Notes: a model not told the origin generated them from the letters alone. A DNA stretch of 64,000 nucleotides from Candidatus Woesearchaeota archaeon (GCA_964513145.1 CAZELK010000001.1:96001-160000); one strand, 5' to 3'. Shown: positions 10,986 to 20,890, counted from the stretch's first letter. Numbers and translations: made by a program.

Positions 10986-12425
10986 TTATTCGTGAGCTCT
11001 TCCTGAACCACCAGCTGCCAATGCCAAGGCACCCAAGACGTATTTTTTTAGAATAGGCAGGTTGTCAATATTTGTGATTTTTCTAAGTATTATTTTTGGT
11101 CTGAAATAGAAACTTCTTAATGCCAATCTTTGCATTGCCTTCAAGTCTTTTGATTCACGACCATTAGTTACCCAAGGCAATTCGCCATCTGAAAAACCAC
11201 CCCAAGTTTGGTAATTGTCCCAATCTGCCTGGCTTGAAGTTAAAGTACCAAATTCTTTTGCATCTTTATACAATTGGGTTCCTGGATATGGAACTGTGAC
11301 TGTGAATTGGGCCCAATCAGGATCTAATTCTTTTGCAAAATTTATTGTTGCTAAATCATCTTCTTTTGTTGCACCTGGCAAACCAATCATGAAATAGCCT
11401 CTTGTTTCCAAGCCAGCTTCCCTAGCCCACTTGAAAGCATTTCTTATTTGATCCAGTGTTGCATCTTTATGGATTGTGTCTATTAATTTTTGAGTTCCGC
11501 CTTCAACACCAAAATGAATTCCGCAACAACCAGCATCTTTCATTTTTTTTAACAAGTCCAAGTCAACTAAACCTGCTCTTGTAATACAGTCCCAAATTAC
11601 CTGCTTATGAAGACCTGTTTTTATAATTTCATTGCATAAGTCTACAGTTCTTTTTTTGCTTAATGTGAAAGTGTCGTCCCTAATTAAAATTTCTTTAGCA
11701 CCATATTTCTCAACCAGAATTTTCATTTCTTCTATTACTCTTGGAACTGAATGCATTCTGTAGCCTGTATTGGCTGTTGCACAAAAAGTACATCTATAAG
11801 GACAGCCTCTTGTTGTTATCATTGTATATGCTGGCAGTCTTTTATAGTAAGAAACTGACGGCCTGTATAAATTCATTTTAATCAAGCTTCTATCTGGGAT
11901 TGGAAATGTATCCAGATCCTGTATTTTTGGAGAAGGCTCATTTTTTATCACTTTATTTTTTTCCTTGTAAACTATGCCTGGAATATTTTTTAAAGATTTT
12001 TTATTTTCAAAAGCATCCAAGATTTTTTTAAATGTTATTTCAGCTTCGCCTATAGCTACAATATCAATACATGATTCTTCTGCTGTTTCTACTGGACGTA
12101 CTGAAGCATGAGAACCTCCAACAATTACTTTTATATCAGGATTAACTTTTTTTGCTGTTTTACAAACTTCCAAAGACTGAGAGAACATTGAAGTTAACAT
12201 TGCAACGCCAACAACATCGTAATTTCCTTTTTTTATATGATCTTCAAGTTCTTCATTAGAAATTCCCTCTGCTTCACAATCCAGAATTTCAGATTCATGA
12301 TTATTAGAATTAAGATATGTGGCAATATATAAAAGACTTAATGGCTCTGATTTTGGGCCTACTTTCTTCCCAAGTTTTTTCCAGTAGCCATTATCCATAG
12401 ATGGCATGACTAACAGTGCTTTCAT
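10986..12425 (-). CDS. B12-binding domain radical SAM protein (class B methylase-like)
   Basis: PLSLLYIATYL, VGGSHAS, TRGCPYRCTFC, RDDTF, FGVEGG, YPGTQLY. Confidence 0.92.
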   Translation of the reverse strand: MKALLVMPSMDNGYWKKLGKKVGPKSEPLSLLYIATYLNSNNHESEILDCEAEGISNEELEDHIKKGNYDVVGVAMLTSMFSQSLEVCKTAKKVNPDIKVIVGGSHASVRPVETAEESCIDIVAIGEAEITFKKILDAFENKKSLKNIPGIVYKEKNKVIKNEPSPKIQDLDTFPIPDRSLIKMNLYRPSVSYYKRLPAYTMITTRGCPYRCTFCATANTGYRMHSVPRVIEEMKILVEKYGAKEILIRDDTFTLSKKRTVDLCNEIIKTGLHKQVIWDCITRAGLVDLDLLKKMKDAGCCGIHFGVEGGTQKLIDTIHKDATLDQIRNAFKWAREAGLETRGYFMIGLPGATKEDDLATINFAKELDPDWAQFTVTVPYPGTQLYKDAKEFGTLTSSQADWDNYQTWGGFSDGELPWVTNGRESKDLKAMQRLALRSFYFRPKIILRKITNIDNLPILKKYVLGALALAAGGSGRAHE

Positions 12426-12519
12426 TTTATAATTAAGTTTTTACAGATGATTTCTTTTAAATTTAATGTATCTTAATATGGTTATACTTTTTATAGTTTA
12501 CTATAGTTAATTGTTTAAT

Positions 12520-13401
12520 TTATTTTCTCAAGCTATCTGCAAAGAAACCGAACAATATTATCTGGACGCCAATTAAGATTAACAACATAGTTAAAATTGT
12601 AGATGGGGTATGGCCTACTCTTCCGGTTCTAATAAAAATAGAAAATAACCATAAACCAATAATAAAACCTAAACTTATAAACATGAAACCTATAGTTCCA
12701 AAAAACTTTAAAGGCTCATAATCACGGTAAATCCTTAAGATATTTATCCATGCTTTTATAGCATAGTCAAATGGACTTTTGAATAATTTGCTTGGTCTTG
12801 TGTTGTTTGTTGTTATTGGAATTTCAGTGATAAATCTTCTTGCCTTGCCTGCTCTTATCAATTGCTCTTGAGTATATGTAAAGTTATTTATCAATGGCAA
12901 TTCAGCCACTTCTTTTCTAAAAGCCCTGAAACCTGTAGTTGTATCTCTTATTTTTATTTTTAACAAACTAGAAAATGTCTTGGCAAAGGCTACATTGCCT
13001 AATTTTTTCATTAAAGAACCGCTATATTGCCCTTGCCCAAATCTTGACCCCAATACCAAGTCATAGCCTTCTTCAATTTTTTTTATTAAATTAGGGATGT
13101 AATGAGAAGGATATTGGCCGTCAGCATCTGTATGAACTATTATATCTGCATTTAATTCCAGGCATTTTTTCATTTCTGTCTTGAATGTTTCTGCCAAGCC
13201 CAAATTAAATTTATGAGAAAATACTACAGCACCTTTACTTTTCGCTATTTCTGCTGTCTTGTCTCTTGAACCATCGTTTATAACCTGAATTTTGTAATTG
13301 TACTTGTTTTCATCCATTACTTTTTTTATATCATCTATTACTCTTCCTATTGTTTTCTCTTCATTATATGCTGGTATTGTAACTACAATTAGTTCTTTCA
13401 T
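12520..13401 (-). CDS. GT2 glycosyltransferase (dolichol-phosphate mannose synthase-like) with two C-terminal TM helices
   Basis: IPAYNEE, INDGSRD, TDADGQY, GSRF, DTTTGFRAF. Confidence 0.88.
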   Translation of the reverse strand: MKELIVVTIPAYNEEKTIGRVIDDIKKVMDENKYNYKIQVINDGSRDKTAEIAKSKGAVVFSHKFNLGLAETFKTEMKKCLELNADIIVHTDADGQYPSHYIPNLIKKIEEGYDLVLGSRFGQGQYSGSLMKKLGNVAFAKTFSSLLKIKIRDTTTGFRAFRKEVAELPLINNFTYTQEQLIRAGKARRFITEIPITTNNTRPSKLFKSPFDYAIKAWINILRIYRDYEPLKFFGTIGFMFISLGFIIGLWLFSIFIRTGRVGHTPSTILTMLLILIGVQIILFGFFADSLRK

Positions 13402-13487
13402 TTTAACCTTTTTAGCGAAAAAGCTTAACCAAAAATGTGAGTTAAAGATTTAAAAAGATTTCTTTTAGAATCTGCTAAAACGCATTT

Positions 13488-13955
13488 TTAAAAATATTTG
13501 GGTTTCCAAGGAAAAGCATCTGCAAATATAAGAAACATTTCTTCATTTATAAATAAATCGACTCTTCTTTCAGAATCAAATTTTCTATAGTCTTTATGCG
13601 GTGTGGAAATTCTTATTTCGTCTCTTCTTACGGCGCTTAAACTCTCTAGAGTTTCTACTATTTCTTCTAATTTATCTTCAGTTTTGAACAATTCTTTAAT
13701 AAATAAGCCAGCATCTATATAATCCAGATCTTTTTCATTTAACAAGCGATTTATCTGTCTACTGTTTAATTCTGGGACAATAATACTTTCAGACGGCTTA
13801 TAGCCATTATGCGTGATAACTGCTTTTAGATCACTTTTATTGAATCTTATTTTTGTACTTGTTCTAATATGCTTTTCATTTGAATCTAGGACATAAGAAT
13901 CACAATCTTTTCTTGCCTTATAGATATCTGCTAATGAGACTGCTGTTTCTATCAT
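13488..13955 (-). CDS. Hypothetical protein
   Basis: 155-aa ORF, no recognised motif. Confidence 0.6.
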   Translation of the reverse strand: MIETAVSLADIYKARKDCDSYVLDSNEKHIRTSTKIRFNKSDLKAVITHNGYKPSESIIVPELNSRQINRLLNEKDLDYIDAGLFIKELFKTEDKLEEIVETLESLSAVRRDEIRISTPHKDYRKFDSERRVDLFINEEMFLIFADAFPWKPKYF

Positions 13956-14102
13956 TTATTATTAAAACTTTTATTTAGTTTAAATACATTTCTTTATGAC
14001 AGTCATATCCAAGAAAACCATATTCTTCAGAACATGGATGAATTGGGGTATCTTTTTTAATATCATTTTTTCTTCTTAAACATTTCTGCAGTTAATCTCA
14101 TA

Positions 14103-14157
14103 TCGGAAACTTTTCATAAATCCCGTAAGCCTTCCGAAGAAACCGAAAATCTTCCGA
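14103..14157. promoter_or_regulatory. Three copies of the TCGGAAAnTTTTCGR-like palindrome at exact 20-bp period
   Basis: TCGGAAACTTTTCAT (14103), CCGTAAGCCTTCCGA (14123), CCGAAAATCTTCCGA (14143). Confidence 0.65.
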
Positions 14158-14221
14158 GAATTTCTCATGAATAGCACTGAATCACAATAACATTTAAATA
14201 TGCTGGTTCTTTAATATCATT

Positions 14222-14364
14222 CACTGCATCAGCAGTCTATCGCTGGACAAGCGAAAAGTAACGCCTGTTTGAGATAATGTAAGACCAGCAGTTTTGGCTA
14301 TTGTCGTTGATTCAGGAACTATATGCAAGTCAGACATATTTGACCTCTGCTGGAAACCACGCCA
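14222..14364 (+). ncRNA. Candidate structured ncRNA A (unassigned)
   Basis: About 45% GC by count; stems ACTGC/GCAGT, TCGCT/AGCGA, CCAGCAG/CTGCTGG; TTTAAATA at 14193-14200. Confidence 0.35.
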
Positions 14365-14365
14365 T

Positions 14366-14881
14366 TCATGGAGTGGAGGACGTCATTAAGCCTAAATTAG
14401 TTTTTACATTTTTTATTAAGTCATTAGTTTCTATATAAATTCCTGGGGCGTATTTTCCCCATATTCTGCTTTTGAAAAAATACCTGTGATAAATCTTCAT
14501 AAAGACAGGACCTAATTTTTTTCCAAAGGTTTTTTCAAATGTATTTTTGTAATCCAGTTCCATGGCGCCTTTAAATCTAAATTGTATTTCACCATTGACT
14601 AAATTTTTTTCACCTTTTATTGGGACAGTTCTTAATGTCCAGATTTCAACATTTATAGTATATTTTACATAATCGTCAACTCTTCTCTCGCCAATAAAAT
14701 TTATAATATGATCTTTTCCAGTTGATTTTACAGCTTCAATATGGGTTTTTTCATGAAAGAAGTAACCATGTTTTTTAAACCAGTTAACTGCGTTTCTATA
14801 AACTTTGCTGTAATCATAGACGCCGTTATAACTTACTTTGATCCAATTCTTAGCACCCCCAACTATAGTTAGTTCCATCAA
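14366..14881 (-). CDS. Hypothetical protein, paralog of 36903..37412
   Basis: Shared pattern VYDYSKVY...WFKKHGY...E; VDDYV; GEIQF; Y.RY. Confidence 0.7.
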   Translation of the reverse strand: MMELTIVGGAKNWIKVSYNGVYDYSKVYRNAVNWFKKHGYFFHEKTHIEAVKSTGKDHIINFIGERRVDDYVKYTINVEIWTLRTVPIKGEKNLVNGEIQFRFKGAMELDYKNTFEKTFGKKLGPVFMKIYHRYFFKSRIWGKYAPGIYIETNDLIKNVKTNLGLMTSSTP

Positions 14882-14968
14882 TCAATTAATTAAAAACTAT
14901 ATTAATAAGCTTTTCTTAAGAAAACATTAAAAGATAATATAATGTGCGACGAAAAATTCTTTTAGAAA

Positions 14969-15517
14969 TTATGCATTTTTTAATTCAGCACATTCATCGC
15001 AAATCCACTTATAATCAAAATAATGAAGTATTGAAAAGTTTCCGCAAATTTCGCAGTCATTTTCAAGCCTTCTTTTATAAAAGACTGGCTTGTTGAATTC
15101 TTCTTTTAACTCAAATTTATCAACTATTAATTCAAATAACTGGGGTTGTATTTTTAAAATGTCTTTAATTGTTAAAAAACCAATTAAATCTCCATTTTGT
15201 ACAACTGGCAAATGCCTTATATTTTTATCTCTCATTAAAACCATGGCATCATAAATGTCCTCTTTTCCAGTAATTGTAAATAAATTAGTTTCCATTACTG
15301 ATTTAATTTCTGTTGTTTCAGGATTAAGGTCTTTTGCAACAACTTTTCTTACTATATCCTGCTCTGTAACTATGCCCATTGTTGCACCTTCTTTAATAAT
15401 CAAACTTCCTATGTGGTTTGTTTCCATTAATTTTGCACATTGAGAAACAGAAATATCTGGCTTTATTACTATTGGACTTTTGGTCATAGCATCTGCAACT
15501 TTTACACCAATTTTCAT
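14969..15517 (-). CDS. CBS-pair protein with C-terminal Zn ribbon
   Basis: VADAMTKSP, GIVTEQDIV, IRHLPVV, GFLTIKDIL; CEICG...CDEC. Confidence 0.88.
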   Translation of the reverse strand: MKIGVKVADAMTKSPIVIKPDISVSQCAKLMETNHIGSLIIKEGATMGIVTEQDIVRKVVAKDLNPETTEIKSVMETNLFTITGKEDIYDAMVLMRDKNIRHLPVVQNGDLIGFLTIKDILKIQPQLFELIVDKFELKEEFNKPVFYKRRLENDCEICGNFSILHYFDYKWICDECAELKNA

Positions 15518-15576
15518 TTTCCTTTTTATTAAGTTTTTATATTTATATAAATTTTGGAAAGAGAATATATATTAAA

Positions 15577-15924
15577 TTAAGCAACAGCAGCCAGTGCTTT
15601 TTTTATTTCTTTTATCTGTAATTTTTCCTTTTTTTCATTTGGTATGTCAATATCGATAACTTTTATATCTGGCTTCATGTTTTCTACATATTTTTTGCCA
15701 GTTTCTGTGATTTTAATTTTTCCATCAATTGATGTGACGTATGTTGGAGCTAATTCTGTAAGAAGATAAGAGCCACTGTTTGTTTTGGAAATATTCATTA
15801 GATCATTTCTATCAGCCATTCTATTTGAACCATATAAATTTTTAAGAATTTCTTCAGCTTCTTTTAACATACCAAGATTAAGTCGTTTCTCGATTGGTAT
15901 TTTGCTTCTTTCTTCGTAACTCAT
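15577..15924 (-). CDS. Hypothetical protein (possible winged helix)
   Basis: IKITETGKKYVE resembles a wHTH wing/helix end. Confidence 0.5.
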   Translation of the reverse strand: MSYEERSKIPIEKRLNLGMLKEAEEILKNLYGSNRMADRNDLMNISKTNSGSYLLTELAPTYVTSIDGKIKITETGKKYVENMKPDIKVIDIDIPNEKKEKLQIKEIKKALAAVA

Positions 15925-16020
15925 TAATTTTTATAGCTATTATGTTATTTATATGTTTTATTGTTTTTTAGCACTTTTTTACTTAAATAAATTTAAATAC
16001 AAATTAAGTTTCTTCTTTTT

Positions 16021-18891
16021 ATGGGTTTTAATGAAATAGAGAAAAAGTGGCAGAACAAATGGGAAAAAGAAGGGATTTTTAAAACAAAAAAAGATTCGAA
16101 AAAAAAGAAGTTTTTTTGCCTTGAAATGTTTCCCTATCCAAGCGCAAGCTATTTACATATGGGTCATGTAAGAAACTATACTATAGGGGATATAATTGCC
16201 AGGTTTAAAAGAATGCAGGGATTTAATGTTCTATACCCAATGGGTTATGATTCTTTTGGCTTACCTGCTGAAAATGCTGCGAAAAAACAAAATATTCATC
16301 CTAAAACCTATACTGAAGAAGCAATTAAAAAAATAATTGAATATCAGAAAGCTTTAGGAAATTCTTATGACTGGTCAAGAAAAATATCGACACATGAGCC
16401 AGATTATTATAAGTGGAACCAATATTTTTTCTTGAAGTTCCTGGAAAAAGGCTTAGTTTACAGGAAGAAAGCGCCAGTAAACTGGTGTCAATCATGTAAT
16501 TCAACTTTAGCAAATGAAGAAGTTGTTTCTGGAAAATGCTGGAGACATGAAGACACAGAAGTGCAGCAAAAGGAATTAGAGCAATGGTTTTTGAGAACAA
16601 CAGAATATGCTGATGAAATTCTTAGAGACATAGACAAATTAGAATGGTCTGATAGAATAAAAATATTGCAAAAAAACTGGATAGGAAAAAGTGAAGGTGT
16701 TTTAATTAATTTTCCCGTAAAAAATACCAATCATAAAATACAGGTTTTTACAACAAGACCAGACACTATTTTTGGAGTTACTTTTTTAGTTGTTTCTCCG
16801 AAACACAAATTAGTTAATGAGCTGTTAAAAATAAATAAAAATGAATTTGAAGATCTTAATAAAAAAGTTCAGAATGAAGAGCAGAAAGACAAAGAAGGAG
16901 TTTTTTTAGGTTCTTATGCAATAAATCCTTTAACAAATGAAGCAGTTCCTATTTATGCTGCTAACTTTGTAGTTGCAGAATATGGAACTGGGGCGATTAT
17001 GTGCGTACCTAGCCATGATAAAAGGGATTATGAATTTGCAATTAAATATGACATAAAAATTAAACAAGTTATTGCCCCCCATTTTATTTCAAAAGGAAAT
17101 GATGCTCCTAAAAAAGGAAAGAAAGTTGTTAAAAGGAACACAGTTTATTCCATTCTAAGAAATCCAAAAACAGATGAATTTTTATGCCTGAATTGGAAAA
17201 AATTTAATTGGCATACTTTTATCATAGGCGGTGTTAATAAAAATGAAGACCCAGTTGAAGCTGCTGAAAGGGAATTAAAAGAAGAAACTGGCTATAAAAA
17301 TATAAAGTTAATTAGTTCTTTAAAATTCTGCTATGCAGAATATTTTGCTGCACATAAAGATGAGAACAGGGAAGCTTTAGCACAGGCATTTGTATTTGAA
17401 TTAATTAATGATGATTATGAAAAAACAAAAGAAGAAGATACAAAAAACCATGATTTAGTCTGGTTAGAAAAAGACAAGGTTGCTAATTTTTTAAATTTAG
17501 AATCTCAAAAATTTACATGGGACAATTATTTAAAGGATTCAGCTTATACTGGGGAAGGTATTTTAATTAATTCTGAAAAATTTAATTATTTAAATTCCAA
17601 AGATGCTATTAATAAAATTTCTGAATTTATTGAGAAAAACAAACTTGGGAAAAAAATTACACAATTTAAATTAAGAGACTGGCTGATTTCGAGACAAAGA
17701 TATTGGGGAACACCCATACCTATTATATATTGTGAAAAATGCGGAATTGTTCCTTTGAAAGAAAAAGACTTGCCAATTTTACTGCCTGAAAAAGTTAGAT
17801 TTGATGTTGAAGGAAATCCCTTGAACTATGTCAAGGAATTTGTAGAAGTTAAATGTCCCAATTGTCATTCTAAAGCTAGAAGAGAGACTGATACAATGGG
17901 GGGGTTTGTTGATTCATCATGGTATTTTTTAAGATTTTGTTCACCTACTGAGAAAAATAAACCTTTTGACAAGAAAGATGTTAAATATTGGATGCCTGTA
18001 GACCAGTATATTGGCGGGATAGAACATGCTGTAGGACATTTAATTTATTCAAGATTTTTTACAAAGGCACTTAGGGATTTAAAGATGATAAATATTTCAG
18101 AACCTTTTACACGATTATTTAATCAGGGTATTGTTTACAAAGATGGACACAAGATGAGCAAGAGTTTTGGGAATATAGTTACACAGACTGAAATTTCCGG
18201 AAAATATGGAATTGATACTGCGAGAATTTTTTTGATGTCTGTCGCAAATCCAGAATCTGACATGGAATGGTCTGACAAAGGTGTTGATGGAAGCTTTAGG
18301 TTTTTACAAAAAGTGTCCAGAGTTTTAGAACTTGAAATGAAAAAACCAAATGAAAAAGATTTACATAAAATGAATTTAACTGTAAAAAATTATACTAGCT
18401 TTTTAGAAAATTTTCAATTTAATCTGGCTGTAATTGAGCTAATAAAATATTGCGATTATATTTCTGAGAACCCTACAAAAGAAGGATATGAAACTTTAAT
18501 TAAATTGATTTCCCCATTTGCTCCACATACTGCTGAAGAATTATGGCATAATTTAAAGAACAAGTCTTTTGTTTCTATAGAGAAATGGCCTGCTTGTGAC
18601 GAGAAAAAAATTAATTTTAAAATAGAAGAACAGGAAAAAAATATTGAAAAATTAGTTGAAGATATCCAGAATGTAATTAAAATATTCAAAGACAAATCAA
18701 AAGAAGTCTTAAAAGTATTTATTTATGTCCTGCCAAATGAAGAAAATATTTATTCAAATAATCTGGAAAATATACAAAAAAGAATAAACCTGGATATAAA
18801 AATTTTTACAGTCAATGACAAGAAAAAATATGATCCCGAGAATAAATCTTCGAAAGCGAAAGTAAATAAACCAGCAATTTATCTTGAGTAA
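16021..18891 (+). CDS. leuS: Leucine--tRNA ligase, bacterial-type core with NUDIX insertion and archaeal-like C-terminus
   Basis: MFPYPS..LHMGH, FTTRPDT, GTGAIMCVPSHDKRD, RDWLISRQRYWGTPIP, GGIEHA, KMSKS; NUDIX box; C-term KPAIYLE. Confidence 0.96.
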   Translation: MGFNEIEKKWQNKWEKEGIFKTKKDSKKKKFFCLEMFPYPSASYLHMGHVRNYTIGDIIARFKRMQGFNVLYPMGYDSFGLPAENAAKKQNIHPKTYTEEAIKKIIEYQKALGNSYDWSRKISTHEPDYYKWNQYFFLKFLEKGLVYRKKAPVNWCQSCNSTLANEEVVSGKCWRHEDTEVQQKELEQWFLRTTEYADEILRDIDKLEWSDRIKILQKNWIGKSEGVLINFPVKNTNHKIQVFTTRPDTIFGVTFLVVSPKHKLVNELLKINKNEFEDLNKKVQNEEQKDKEGVFLGSYAINPLTNEAVPIYAANFVVAEYGTGAIMCVPSHDKRDYEFAIKYDIKIKQVIAPHFISKGNDAPKKGKKVVKRNTVYSILRNPKTDEFLCLNWKKFNWHTFIIGGVNKNEDPVEAAERELKEETGYKNIKLISSLKFCYAEYFAAHKDENREALAQAFVFELINDDYEKTKEEDTKNHDLVWLEKDKVANFLNLESQKFTWDNYLKDSAYTGEGILINSEKFNYLNSKDAINKISEFIEKNKLGKKITQFKLRDWLISRQRYWGTPIPIIYCEKCGIVPLKEKDLPILLPEKVRFDVEGNPLNYVKEFVEVKCPNCHSKARRETDTMGGFVDSSWYFLRFCSPTEKNKPFDKKDVKYWMPVDQYIGGIEHAVGHLIYSRFFTKALRDLKMINISEPFTRLFNQGIVYKDGHKMSKSFGNIVTQTEISGKYGIDTARIFLMSVANPESDMEWSDKGVDGSFRFLQKVSRVLELEMKKPNEKDLHKMNLTVKNYTSFLENFQFNLAVIELIKYCDYISENPTKEGYETLIKLISPFAPHTAEELWHNLKNKSFVSIEKWPACDEKKINFKIEEQEKNIEKLVEDIQNVIKIFKDKSKEVLKVFIYVLPNEENIYSNNLENIQKRINLDIKIFTVNDKKKYDPENKSSKAKVNKPAIYLE

Positions 18892-18894
18892 AAA

Positions 18895-19137
18895 ATGGAT
18901 GGGTTGGAAAAAAAACTAAATGACATGACTTCTTCAAGTGACAGCAACAGATTATTTGCACAACTACCATATGGCAATCAGCAAGATAAGGACGCAGTGA
19001 TTTTTATAGACAAATATACTAAATTTCAAAGTTATCTTGGAATGTCAGCACTTGTATATTTTACTATTGACTTTGGTTGTTTTATTCTTAAAAATAAAAG
19101 CCTGTTATTTGACTGGCTTGAATATTTATATAAATAG
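18895..19137 (+). CDS. Hypothetical small protein
   Basis: 80-aa ORF 3 nt after leuS. Confidence 0.5.
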   Translation: MDGLEKKLNDMTSSSDSNRLFAQLPYGNQQDKDAVIFIDKYTKFQSYLGMSALVYFTIDFGCFILKNKSLLFDWLEYLYK

Positions 19138-19249
19138 GCAGAGAGGGAAGGTGGGCAGTAACAGAAAAAAGGCCGGAGAAAGCTTTATATATTAAATTTT
19201 AGATAAATTCTTTACTTTAATCTTAAACAAATATAACACGGGGGTTAAA

Positions 19250-20890
19250 ATGACACAACAGCAAGGAAATCAACCAATCTTTATTTTAGCTGAAAATACT
19301 CAAAGGAGCAAGGGCAGAGATGCACAAAGAAATAATATAATGGCTGCAAAGCTAGTAGCTGAAACAGTCAGATCCACATTAGGTCCAAAGGGAATGGATA
19401 AAATGCTAGTTGATTCTGTTGGTGATATTGTTGTTACAAATGATGGTGTTACAATTTTAGAAGAAATGCAGATTGAACATCCTGCAGCTAAAATGATTGT
19501 TGAAGTTGCTAAAACACAGGAAGAAGAAGTTGGAGACGGGACAACTACTGCTGTAATCTTGTCAGGAGAATTATTGAAAAATGCCGAGACTTTGCTTGAA
19601 AAGGATGTTCACCCTACTGTCATAACAAGGGGTTATGCTCTGGCTGCTGGTAAGGCAATAGAGATTTTAAATAAAATTTCTGAGCCAATTTCTAAAACTG
19701 ATGATGAAATTTTAAAGAAGATAGCTGCAACAGCTATGACTGGAAAAGGGGCTGAATCAGCAAAAGAAGTTTTATCTGAATTAGCAATCAATGCTGTAAA
19801 GCAAGTTCTTGAAGAAGGACAATTAGATATTGAAGACATAAAAATAGAAAAGAAAGTTGGCGGTGGAGTTGAAGATTCTGAATTAATTAAAGGGATAGTT
19901 CTGGATAAAGACAGGGCTCATCCCGGAATGCCAAAGTCCTTGAAAAATGCAAGAATCGCACTTTTGGATGTAGCTTTGGAAATAAAAAATACTGAAACAG
20001 ATGCAAAGATACAAGTTTCAGATCCAACACAATTACAGTTATTTATGGAGCAGGAAGAAAAAATTCTGAAAGACATGGCTGACAAGGTAATAAAGTCAGG
20101 AGCCAATGTAATATTTACACAAAAAGGAATTGATGATTTAGTGACTCATTTTTTGGCAAAGGCAGGAATTTATGCTGCCAAAAGGATTAAAAAATCTGAT
20201 ATGGAAAAATTAGCCAGAGCAACAGGTGCAAAAATTGTAAGCAAGCTAAGTGATTTAACTAAAGAAGATTTAGGAAAATCAGGAACAGTTGAAGAAGTTA
20301 AAATCGGGGATGAACAAATGACTTATGTTAAGGACTGCGTAAATCCAAAGGCAGTTACTTTATTGATCAAAGGCGGAACAGAACATGTTATTGATGAAAT
20401 TGAAAGGGCAATGAAGGATGCTTTAGGAGACATAGCTGCAGCATTGAAAGTTGGAAAAGTTGTTGCTGGTGCTGGTTCAACTGAAATGGAAGTTTCAAAA
20501 CAATTAAGGGAATATGCAGCAAAATTATCTGGCAGAGAACAATTAGGAGTATTAGCTTTTGCTGATTCTTTGGAGATTATACCAAGAACTCTGGCTGAAA
20601 ATGCAGGCTTAGATCCCATAGATATTTTAACAGAATTAAAAGTTCAACATGACAAGGGAAATAAATGGGCTGGTGTTGATGCGAATTCTTCCAAAATAAT
20701 GGACTCATGGAAATCTGGAGTAATTGAACCTTTGAAAACAAAGACACAGGCAATAAAATCAGCAACAGAAGTGGCTGAATTGTTATTAAGAATTGATGAT
20801 GTAATAGCTGCATCAAATTTATCCAAGGGCGGCGGTGGAATGCCTCCTGGCGGAATGGGCGGAATGCCTGACATGTCTGGGATGATGTAA
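19250..20890 (+). CDS. thsA: Thermosome (group II chaperonin) subunit
   Basis: [26 protein letters not shown]-rich tail; AAAGCTTTATATA BRE/TATA upstream. Confidence 0.97.
   Translation: MTQQQGNQPIFILAENTQRSKGRDAQRNNIMAAKLVAETVRSTLGPKGMDKMLVDSVGDIVVTNDGVTILEEMQIEHPAAKMIVEVAKTQEEEVGDGTTTAVILSGELLKNAETLLEKDVHPTVITRGYALAAGKAIEILNKISEPISKTDDEILKKIAATAMTGKGAESAKEVLSELAINAVKQVLEEGQLDIEDIKIEKKVGGGVEDSELIKGIVLDKDRAHPGMPKSLKNARIALLDVALEIKNTETDAKIQVSDPTQLQLFMEQEEKILKDMADKVIKSGANVIFTQKGIDDLVTHFLAKAGIYAAKRIKKSDMEKLARATGAKIVSKLSDLTKEDLGKSGTVEEVKIGDEQMTYVKDCVNPKAVTLLIKGGTEHVIDEIERAMKDALGDIAAALKVGKVVAGAGSTEMEVSKQLREYAAKLSGREQLGVLAFADSLEIIPRTLAENAGLDPIDILTELKVQHDKGNKWAGVDANSSKIMDSWKSGVIEPLKTKTQAIKSATEVAELLLRIDDVIAASNLSKGGGGMPPGGMGGMPDMSGMM

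Noticed and set aside
1-13401. RiPP cluster interpretation (SPASM rSAM + B12 methylases + ABC exporter)
   Set aside because: No precursor-like ORF fits the short intergenic gaps, I saw no peptidase domain on the exporter, and the glycosyltransferase context points to glycan tailoring.
13975-14101. MRLTAEMFKKKK* followed by a +1-frame Cys/His-containing ORF across an A6 run (possible frameshift gene)
   Set aside because: Very short, with no stimulatory structure, SD or recognisable homology; not distinguishable from chance.
14103-14157. Origin recognition boxes (ORB) / replication origin
   Set aside because: No orc1/cdc6 gene nearby, no G-string, and the same motif occurs at promoter positions elsewhere.
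14222-14364. Resemblance to group I intron P/Q/R/S words, a cobalamin riboswitch B12 box (AAGTCAGA..GACCT) or a pistol ribozyme
   Set aside because: The motifs are out of order, split between strands, or lack their partner helices.
19138-19180. Purine/G-rich tract after the TAG of 18895..19137 (possible readthrough or G-quadruplex)
   Set aside because: Readthrough would add only 7 codons, and there are too few G-runs for a quadruplex.
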